A stretch of 64,000 nucleotides of DNA, from the NCBI GenBank assembly GCA_002104905.1, contig MCFE01000110.1, positions 104,043 to 168,042 of the forward strand. Direction: 5' to 3'. Under the pieces are notes generated by a model. It saw only the letters and a program-made list of their open reading frames with translations, was not told where the DNA came from and made no database searches. The DNA comes from Basidiobolus meristosporus CBS 931.73. Lineage: Eukaryota > Fungi > Basidiobolomycota. Shown here in pieces: positions 55,052-64,000 of this stretch. Position 1 is the first letter of the stretch. Every line of letters starts with the position of its first letter. Both the position numbers and the translations under genes were made by a program.

Positions 55052-55063
55052 GGGCTCATAACC
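55052..55063 (-). promoter_or_regulatory. Primer-binding site for half initiator tRNA-Met (copia/Ty5 type)
   Basis: GGTTATGAGCCC immediately after the 5' LTR. Confidence 0.85.
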
Positions 55064-55552
55064 TGTTGTAAGAGTCTTGGAGATATTGGAAGTGATTTGG
55101 AGAACAAGTAGATTATGTGTTTTTCACTTAATGATTTATTGAATGTAAAAGTAGTATTTATACTTTTACGTGGTCTTGGCATTACAAACACGTAGAATAG
55201 GTTAAGGAAGGTCCCAAGAACATGTGTGCAAAGTTTGGGGCTGTTTGGACAACTTTGAGAATTTTCATGTTCTGGGTAAATATTCTAAGTAAATCCCAAC
55301 AAGGAATTTGGTCAGTATTCTCTAGGATTTTAAGGTGATGATCTAAGTGACTAATTTAGGTGAATATTTAGGTGGAAAATACAAATTTTTACAACATGAT
55401 GAACCCGAATCATCCAATCAAGAGATGAGGTGTTCTGATTGTTTTAAGGATCCATATCAGTTCAATTACACTTGATCAAATCATATTTGTATTGGATAGG
55501 CTTTAACAGATTAGTTCATGATTCATGCCATGCTCAAATGTGTAGTAAATAA

Positions 55553-55986
55553 TGTTGCAATATTCTGAGGAGTATTGGAAGTGATGTGGAGAACTAGAGG
55601 ATTCACATGTGATTCACATGTAGATTGATTGATCAAAAGTATGGCATTTGTACTCTTGCTAAAGTAGGGCAAGCAAGTGCACAAAGTTTGCTGAGGATGG
55701 GCCCAAGAATATGTGTACAAAGTCTGGGGTCTTTTGGGCAACTTTGAGAACTGTCATAATCTCAGTACTAGAAAAATTTGGTAAGAATATTCTGAGTAAA
55801 TCTCAACAAGGAATTTGGTCAGTATTCCCCAGGATTTGAATGTGATGATCTAAGTGACCAAGCTAGGTGAATATGTACCTGGAATTCCAAATTTTTACAA
55901 CACACCCACTCAACTAAATGTTCATACTGACTAGTCCTAATTTTGACCTAAGATATTCAAGCTTGTCTTTAGCTAGTGGTTTGGGT
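55553..55986 (-). mobile_element. Older diverged copia 3' LTR with PPT and last about 25 pol codons, truncated
   Basis: TGTTGCAA..TTACAACA (55553-55902), then CACCCACTCA PPT and PLAKDKLEYLRSKLGLVSMNI*, which matches 50001-50085. Homology stops at about 55985. Confidence 0.85.
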
Positions 55987-56318
55987 TGTTGTAGGAGTCT
56001 TGGAGATATTGGAAGTGATTGGGAGGACAAGTAGATTATGTGGTTTTCACTTAATGATTTATTGAATTTAAAAGTAGTATTTATACTTTTACATGGTCTT
56101 AGCATACCTAACATGTAAAATAGATTCAGGAAGGTCCCAAGAGCATGTGTGCAAAGTTTGGGGCTGTTTGGACAACTTTGAGAATTTTCATGTTCTGGGT
56201 AAATATTCTAAGTAAATCCCAACAAGGAATTTGGTCAGTATTCTCTAGGATTTGAAGGTAATGATCTAAGTGACTAAGTTAGGTGAATATTTAGGTGGAA
56301 TTACAAATTTTTACAACA
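55987..56318 (-). mobile_element. Solo copia LTR
   Basis: 332 bp copy of the LTR flanked by TSD TGGGT. Confidence 0.92.
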
Positions 56319-57434
56319 TGGGTTAGGGGGTAGACAGTCACCAACAGGTGAAATCTTTGTTTTGGTTGAAACAATGAAGCCAGTGTTACTGTTGTAGCTT
56401 TGATACAAGATTGTGTAGGTGAGGGGAATTTGTAGGTAAGCTAATAAGAAGTGATGATAGTTCTTCAGTGCTCAAGACACTGTTCAGTGGGAAGGGGGGT
56501 AGCAAGAGGGGTAAGAATGAATTGTGAACAACATTAATGCAGGGAATATGATAGGGATTGATATTCATCATAAAGGGAGTGTGCTTCTTCAGATACTGCT
56601 GCCATAGATGTGTCAAGTACTTCAGGTAGGCCAGCTTGGGTATTTCTGACTGCAGACTAATGTGCAAACTTCTTGACTTCAGGATCTTTAAGTATAGTTC
56701 TCCAGCAGGAGCTAGCTGTAGTGTGGTGTGCTCTCTTTCAGGCCTTGATCAGTGGGTTGTTGCAGTATTGAAGTCTGAGATATAATCTGGTCCTAAGATA
56801 GAGAAGTCTGATCATATATGGCATAAACACAAAAGCACCAAGAATTGCATGTCTGTAGAGGTATTCAGGCAGATGAGGCACCAAGAAGGTAGTACACCAG
56901 ACTGCAAACTTTGTTATAAAAACTTGTATTTCCACCTAAATACTCACATAACTTAGTCACTTAGATCATTACCTTCATATCCTAGAGAATACTGACCAAA
57001 TTCCTTGTTGGGATTTACTTAGAATATTTACCCAGAACATGAAAATTCTCAAAGTTGTCCAAACAGTCCCAAACTTTGCACACATGCTCTTGGGACCTTC
57101 CTGAGTCTATTCTACATGTTTGTTATGCCAAGACCATGTAAAAGTATAAATACTACTTTTACATTCAATAAATCATTAAGTGAAAACCACATAATCTACT
57201 TGTTCTCCCAATCACTTCCAATATCTCCAAGACTCTTACAACAAACTTGTCAAGCTTAGTGCAGTCTCTAGAAGTAAGAGAGTGAAGTGGTAAGCCAAAT
57301 TCCAGTGTAGGGAAGACAAACTGCTTGAGTAGAAGGAGGCAGCTGGGAGCTGAAGTTGTAGGAGGAGTAACAGCCAGTAGCTTGTGGAGTGCCTGTCTTG
57401 CCAGGATAATTCTCTTCTTCAGGTGTGATCCAGA
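56319..57434 (-). mobile_element. 5'-truncated LINE, copy A (ORF2 C-terminus plus 3' end), interrupted by a solo LTR
   Basis: ARQALHKLLAVTPP..LLLKQFVFPTLEFG..LDKF|AVWC..YLRTRLYLRLQ..YLTHLWQQY is homologous to the C-terminus of element E. The 3' end abuts GGGTTAGGGGG. Confidence 0.85.
56912..57243 (+). mobile_element. Solo copia LTR, opposite orientation
   Basis: Reverse complement of the LTR, 332 bp, TSD AACTT, inside the LINE A coding sequence. Confidence 0.92.
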
Positions 57435-57503
57435 GTTAGGGTGTAGGTGTTATAGTAAGGGCTAGGAAAAGGTTAGAAGAGCAGGGGGTCAGGGTTAGGG
57501 GGG
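57435..57503 (+). repeat. Degenerate interstitial telomeric tract
   Basis: TTAGGG TGTAGG .. TAAGGG CTAGGA .. TTAGAA .. TCAGGG TTAGGG, capping the truncated 5' end of LINE A. Confidence 0.7.
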
Positions 57504-57838
57504 AGACAGTCACCAACAGGTGAAATCTTTATTTCAGTTGAAACAAAGAAGCCAGCGCTACTGTTGTAGCTTTGATACAAGAGTGTGTAGCTGAGGGGAA
57601 TTTGTAGGTAAGTTAATAAGAAGTGATGATAGTTCTTCAGTGCTCAAGACACTTAGGGGGGAGGAAAGTCACCAAGTGGTGAAATCTTTATTTACTTATG
57701 ACAAGTATCTAAAGAAGCCAAGTTAATCTGAAGTTATTCCTAGAAAGCTAGGTCTGAGAGTTGAGAAGCTGAGTGGTACTATAATTCCTAGTTAGCTAGG
57801 TCTGAGAGAGGTTAGGGGGGAAGGGGAGGAAAGTCACC
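57491..57838 (-). mobile_element. Three stacked LINE 3'-end stubs (B about 160 bp, C about 160 bp, D about 25 bp)
   Basis: Each begins on the plus strand with TTAGGGGGG (about 57495, 57653, 57812) followed by (A/G)..AGTCACC. B is near-identical to the 3' end of A. Confidence 0.8.
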
Positions 57839-60800
57839 TTAGGGGGGGGGGAAACCACCGGTTGATGTTATTTATTGTCAATCATTGTGAAAATAAAGAA
57901 GTCAGGGATTGATTCTGGAGTCTTGTAACATATTTGTACAGACACTTTGGGTTAATATGTAGATAGGTTGCTATTTCTTGTAGTTCCTCTGCATTGAATA
58001 GAGTGTTGAGAGGGAGTGGTGGTAGCACTAGCAATAATAACTTATGATCTATGTATTGTGATGTGCTTTTGCCAATTGGTGATATAAAGCAAAGAAATGG
58101 GGTTTGCTGAGTTACATACTCTTGCCATAGTTGATTAAGATACTTGCTATATGCTTCTTTGGGGTTTTTACTCCCCTCTATTGCTTTGACAAATTGCTGG
58201 ACTTTGGGGACCTGATGATAGTTGCCCAACAGGAGTTATTTTGAAGCATCTTGCGTGAAATCCATGCTTGTATCAACTCATTTGTTGATTTTTGGAGTTT
58301 AATACATAGTCTTGTACGGAGGTACAAAATTCTAATTGAATACGGGAGTAGTCCAAAAGTTGCCAGGACTGCGTGGTGATACTGTGTTGGTGGGAGCCAT
58401 GGTAATAAAGTATAAATGCTGTGAGAAAAAAACTTGTCCAGTTTTGTCAGGTATCTTGTTGGAATAGGCATTATTGCCAATCCAAACTCCAGTACTGGGA
58501 GCACAAACTGCTTGAGTAACAAGTGACATCGGCTCAAAGGTATATCTGGTGGTGTAACAGAGACTAACTTGTGTAAAGCATGCCGTGCAAGTGCTATTTG
58601 CCTCCACACATGTGCTTTTACATCCAGACCAGATGCAGTAAATGGAAGCCCTAGATAGCTGACAGTTTCTGCTGGGTGTAGAGTTTGAGAGTTCAGCATG
58701 ATACTGCATCCAACTGGCTTGGTTTTTGCCATTGAGACACTAAGATTATTTTGTGTAAGGTAGCTGACAATCAGGTTAGAGTCTTTTTCCAAATTACTGG
58801 AAGAGATACGAATATCATCTGCGTATAAAGTTGTAAGTGCAGAGGCTTCCAAGGCAGGAAAGTCATTCATAAAGATGGCAAATAGTAGAGGGCCTAGTAC
58901 GGTTCCCTGCACTACCCCATTTGGAACATCATAAGTGGTAGATTGCATATTTGGATGCAAAATGTAGGCCTTTGAGTCCTGATATAAAGCCATGATAAGA
59001 GCTGTAATTGAAGGTCCAGCAAAAGCTTCAAGTTTTCTCCAAAGTAGGTTATGGTCAACTGCATCAAATGCATGGGTAATATCCAAGAGTACTGCTGGAA
59101 ATTTGTTACAGAGTGTGTGGTCATGGCTTAGCATGACAGCCATTTATAGCAAGACTTTAGGTATAAAACCAAATTGATTTGCTACAAACAAGCCACTAGA
59201 TGAGAGTTGCAAAGCAATTAACAGTTCCAATACCTTTCTGCAAGCTGGTAAGAGGGAAACAGGGTGATAGGATTCTGCCAGTTTGGCTAAGCCTCTACCT
59301 TTGTATAGAGGAATCACCTTTGCAACCAGTCATTCCAACAGCATTTGCACATGTGAAATACACTGCAAATAGAATGGGAGCAATATATGTGCCATGGCAG
59401 CAGGTGCCAGCTTCAAGATTTCATATGTTATGTTGTCATGACCTGGTTTGGTATTGTTGGGTAGCTTACAAAGAGTTGCCTCTAAAGTAGCTGCATCCAG
59501 GTTAATTGTGTGAGAGCAATCTCTTGAAGTAGCTGTATAGGGCTTGGAGCTGTATATGTCTTGCACAAAGAAAGCAGCAGCTAAAAGATTGGGACTTGGT
59601 AGATCTTTTGAAGCTGGCTGTAGAGCTTGATATATTCTTGATATGCTTCTAGTAGTGTCTGCAGCAGTCTTCAGTGGTAGAGAGTGCATTATATGATTCT
59701 GGTAGGATGCGTGTTTTTGAAGATTTTGAAGTTTCACATATTCGACTGCATCATCCAATAGCTGCTTCTGTGAGGGGTTAGGGAATTGGCAATAGCTCTG
59801 GGACAGTGCATATACTATGTTATGCCACTGGCACATCTGGGATGTTGGGCATTTGGTTGGTAGTGACAAAGCAGCAGCAATCAATATCACAAGCTTGATA
59901 AAAAGCCATGCAGTATCAACACAGCTGGGTAGATTGGTGTGATAGCTGATAATCATCAAGTAGTTAGCAAAATCTTTAAGTTGCAATGGCATTGCTTGAC
60001 ATGTCTTGAATTGTAGAGGTTTTGCCGGCAGGACAGTGGGGAATTGCAATATCACTGACCATGCATCATGATCTGATGAGTTAAGCATTCCAAGCTGCAA
60101 CTTCTTGACAATGGCAACCTCTTGTAGTAATTGTAAACCAGCTGGTGTTGTGCATATCCAGTCTACACATCATTTTTCTGACTGGGGATTAACAGCAATA
60201 AAATGACATTGACGCAGCATACGGTGAATAACAGTTGCCTTCAGCTTAGCACTCTTTGATACAGAGATGCAATTTGTGTCATGAGGAATATTTAGGTCAC
60301 CAACTAGGATGCTTGCGGATTTCAAATGACAATGGAGCTGGACTATGGCATTAGCAATGTTGCTGACCTGCTCAAGTGCCAGCTTAGGTGGAAGATAGAT
60401 GAGTAAAATACTGAGCATATTACATTTGAGTGAAGCGGCATATGGCAAAACTAATGGCGTCACCAGAGTTGTACTATGCTTTGTGCGTAAAATAAAGCAG
60501 ATGGAGTGGCAAGTATTGTGTGGGCTACTAAAATAGTATGGCTCAAAAGTGTTCAGAACCAAATCAGTCATCTTAACATTGGCAAAGCAGAGAATATCAT
60601 ACAACTGGAGTAGTGCCTGAATTGATTCCACTATTGGGCAGAGACTGCGGCAATTGAGATACAATATCTGTGGGAGTCAAATCCCAGCTTCCAGGGGTGC
60701 TCTGGCTGCTGATGTTGGATAATTGTTGAGGGAACCAGCAGCATTCCATAGCTTATCAAAGGGAGCATCACTGAATTCCAAGAGCAGGGAGATTGCATGT

Positions 60801-62029
60801 TGCTTCAAGAAATATGCTACTTCCTGAGAAGGTGCTTGACGCTTGATAGCAGCAAAAAATGACATAATTGCAAGATGTGCTGGTGGCTTGTTGAACAAGA
60901 GCAAGCTGGACTTGGCAATCTCATCCAAAACAATTGTGAAGTGAGTGATAGTCCAATCTAATTGGATTCCTACAAACTCAATAAAGGCAGCTGATATATT
61001 CTGGTCAAGAATTATTTCAAGAACCTTTCCCTTCCGCCAAGCCAGGTTTATGATACATGAGGTATCAAAGTTAAGTGATCAAAAGGTACGGCGTATTGCA
61101 GTTAAAGTTGTCCACGGAACATTCTTGAAGTAGAGCACTGTCCATGTACTAACTGGCGGAAGATTTTTGGGTGGCTTATATGCTGGCTTTTTGATGTTAT
61201 TTTCTGCTGAGTTTAGTTGAGAACTTGGCTGTATTTGTGTACTTGATAGAATCTCTTTTCTCAGTGTGCAGCCAGCAAATGTATCTGGAATTTTGGTGCA
61301 AGCAACCTAGGCATATGTTTGCTGAGACTCATCCCGGCTGGAACTCTGTACTTTATGTTTGTGCAAAGTTGCTGACAGTTCCACCACTTTTGGTGAGCAT
61401 GACTCCTCCTCCACATGTGAAGCTACTGCCAAGTATGGATTAAAGTTAGCAGCTAATGATTTGTTAAACAATTTCATTGTGGTGTCAAGCTTCTCTTGTA
61501 GTAGATTATGTTGTTCCAGCATTATGCTGTACTTGTCCAATAAGAGACTGTTTCCATTCTCCAGTACAGCTACCTTAGTCTCCAATGCCTGTATTTGTTT
61601 TAATAGCAGGTACATTGAAGGCACTGGAGTTTGACTTACTACCCAAGGAGATGGATGTTTGAGTATATCTATACTTTCCATTTCAGCATGTTTAGTAACA
61701 GGCGTCTCTACACTAGGTAAAGCCAGGCTTATAACTGGGCTAGAACGTGTCTCAGAGTGCACTCTGGGTGAGACGGTTGGAGAATTGCAACTCTTCAGTG
61801 ATGGCAATGTCTTAAACTGCCTCAAGATGTTGCTCATCACTCAAAATCCAATATTCTGAAGGCATTGGCAGCAAAAGGTAAGCTTGTTTTTAGCACCTGA
61901 TCTTCCATTTTTCTTTATGGTGCCTTGTTGTCCGCATTTTGGACAGGTAACATTCTAGGCATAATGAGCAAATTTGCTTAGCACTTGCCTCTCCGGACTG
62001 GTGGTGATAAACTTTGAATGACTTGGCAT
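57839..62029 (-). mobile_element. Near full-length non-LTR retrotransposon E (ORF1 + APE endonuclease + RT), inactivated
   Basis: ORF1 with CPKC..CCQC and a coiled coil. EN motifs NCRSL, IYLPP, GDLN, VDW, SDH. RT motifs PGHDNI, KVIPLYKG, QFGF, LDITHAFDAV, QGTVLGPLLF, YADD, YLG. Eight in-frame stops and one frameshift; the 3' end joins TTAG(10). 5' boundary undefined. Confidence 0.92.
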
Positions 62030-62655
62030 ATCTTTAGAGTAGAGATGAGAGTATATTTACCTGATGCATGACCCTTTTATTTACAGTTAAAACAATGATA
62101 GCGTACAAGAAACAATAGATCCACGCATTAGGAAATAGATGTTGTGATTCAATGTGGTTAGGAATGCTGATGGCAAGAAAAAACAAGAAAGTGAGATGGT
62201 ATGCGAGATATTATTCACATCAAAGCCACACAACATGTGTGCAACAATCTGGTGGTGTGAATGCTATGATGATGAATTATTTATAGGGATTGATTCCGCG
62301 CGGTAAGAAGGTATGGCAAAAGTTCATGATACTTCAATGTTGTATGATAGTAGTGAGTAGCACTCAAGTCATGAATAATTATATTTCTAGCTACACCCCG
62401 GAATTGAAGTGCCACAATAAACACCCTTAACAATGATTTTGATTTGTTCTTTCACAGAATGCTTGGACACCTTTTATCCAGAATCAGCTTGAAGCATTGC
62501 ACCAACATATGTGTAATCAAATATTCCCAAGGGCGATAATCAAGACAACAATCAAGATGCAGAGCTGTATTCTATGTGTTAACCCAGATTTGGCATTCAT
62601 AATAATTGTGTGATTGCTATTTCTGCCAACTAACATCAGGAAATACTACTTAAAT

Positions 62656-62714
62656 ATTACTACGCATTGATACCCTCAGCAATTACTACGCATTGATACC
62701 CTCAGCAATTACTA
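62656..62714 (+). repeat. 26 bp tandem repeat, 2.3 units
   Basis: ATTACTACGCATTGATACCCTCAGCA twice, then ATTACTA. Confidence 0.9.
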
Positions 62715-63189
62715 TTCCCATGAATCTAGTAGATCAAACATTGTACCAACCATCTGCGCCAACATATGTATAATCAATTACACCCAACAAGGATGACAAT
62801 CAAGACTCAAGTGACGACGACAATCAACCATTGTGTAAACATAGACGTAGATACAGAGGCCGCTTTTGACTTTATGGCTGTGGATTGTTTTTATTGATGA
62901 TTGGCCAGATAGAATAGCTATCAGCTGAGCTTCGGTTGCTGATGATTGTAGATAAACACAAAAGCAACTAAGGGCCAATATGCGCTTAATTTGTTAATGT
63001 ATCTTACAATTGATATTACTCCAGTGTCCCTGTTCATCAAGTATACCCAATTATTCTGTAAACAAGCTTTCAAATATGATACACAAGAGATATGCCCACA
63101 GGGATGCAAGTATCAACAAGAGCCGATCAAGCATTATTTTCTCAATTATAATAGGAATCACTTGTCTGTGATGCATGTTATATGCGCGC

Positions 63190-63814
63190 TCATGGTAGTG
63201 AGTAATAGTTAGAATTCATGGGATGGCAATACACTCTAGGATGCCCAATCTCCATATTGACTAGGCCACAGGACTTACAGCCAAGTGTTACCAGTTTCTT
63301 ACCCTTCCCCAGAATTGGTGGCTCATCAGAGGGGAGAATGGAAATTTACATGGTGTTGAGTTTGTCAAACGCTCTTGTTCCCGTGCTTGTAATGACTGTA
63401 TTTCTGCTATCACATATGAGGCAAAAAATAATGAAACTTTGTTGGATTTGGTCTCAAGCGCAGTTGTTGGTACATTGGGTGTCTTCCATGGGCTCAGTAT
63501 ACTGTGAGTCCTGATTAGCACAGTCGTCGCCACATTGAACATCTTCCATAGGCTCAGTGTACTGTGTATCTTAGTCAGAGCATCCTTCAACGCATTGGGT
63601 GTCCACTACTGGTGTGGAGTATGTCTCATCTTGTGCAGGCTGAATAATAACAGTGGGGTAATTAGTGCCATCTTCTGAGTGTTCAGCACCCTTCTGTTTG
63701 GCTGAACCTTCTACTTTGAGGCTAGGGCCTGCTTGAAACTGAACATTGAGACTCTTGTCACTGTTGGCGTTGGCAGTGTTCAGATTGTCATGCTTTCTGG
63801 TCACGGTGGTGAAC
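63190..63814 (-). pseudogene. Telomere-truncated ORF remnant with 20 aa Cys/acidic repeats and two CxxC motifs
   Basis: One reading frame with 3 internal stops. 60 bp repeats at 63451-63627 encode TQC..xC.xQDxQYTEPMED; CLICD..CKSCG follows. The frame is open into the telomere. Confidence 0.5.
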
Positions 63815-64000
63815 TTAGGGTTAGGGTTAGGGTTAGGGTTAGGGTTAGGGTTAGGGCTAGGGTTAGGGTTAGGGTTAGGGTTAGGGTTAGGGTTAGGGTT
63901 AGGGTTAGGGTTAGGGTTAGGGTTAGGGTTAGGGTTAGGGTTAGGGTTAGGGTTAGGTTAGGGTTAGGGTTAGGGTTAGGGTTAGGGTTAGGGTTAGGGT
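63815..64000 (+). repeat. Telomeric repeat array (TTAGGG)n, chromosome end
   Basis: About 31 units running to the end of the window, with one CTAGGG variant (about 63857) and one TTAGG variant (about 63953). Confidence 0.99.

Larger units (their letters stand above)
49668..55396 (-). mobile_element. Full-length Ty1/copia LTR retrotransposon, disrupted
   Basis: 333 bp LTRs at 49668-50000 and 55064-55396 (TGTTGTAA..TTACAACA, 3 mismatches) with TSD TGATG on both sides. Gag with CNYCKRKGHTSDRC, protease WYIDSGAS, GAG-pre-integrase, integrase (HSDLCG, SDNGGEY), RT (QMDVKTAF, LYVDDL) and RNase H (YSDADW) in copia order. Disrupted by a stop, three frameshifts and a nested insertion. Confidence 0.97.

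Noticed and set aside
62921-63109. PCGHISC suggesting a RING finger
   Set aside because: The remaining RING ligands and spacing are absent.
63799-63814. GTCACGGTGGTGAAC at the telomere junction resembles the LINE 3' motif GTCACCAAGTGGTGAA
   Set aside because: It lies on the wrong side of the TTAGGG, forms no hairpin, and the match is short.
63746-63961. ORF ending in LGLGLG repeats
   Set aside because: It is only the translation of (TTAGGG)n.

Overview
Eukaryotic, intron-rich fungal DNA (inferred early-diverging lineage, Zoopagomycota/Mucoromycota-like) that ends in a chromosome end, with (TTAGGG)n from 63815 to 64000. Positions 1-49 kb are a compact gene region: ZIP4/TEX11, a GCN4-like bZIP with uORFs, two tandem C2H2 zinc-finger genes, TVP18, RPL34, MGS1, two tandem GSTs, IBA57, SOD2, a membrane protein, TYR1, a beta-TrCP-like F-box/WD40 gene, a subtilisin with a hydrophobic tail, a TRF/Tbf1-family telomere-binding Myb protein, Maf, a CorA transporter, an intronless bacterial-type DUF3626 gene and a 1-Cys peroxiredoxin. 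Positions 49.6-64 kb are subtelomeric. They hold a full-length Ty1/copia element with a Ty5-type primer-binding site and a nested solo LTR, plus three more copia LTRs. They also hold a head-to-tail array of APE-endonuclease LINE 3' ends, each joined at a TTAGGG+G-run junction with the 5' end toward the telomere. This array looks like a telomere-extending retrotransposon system and is the most interesting signal. Exon boundaries were read by eye; no database searches were run.
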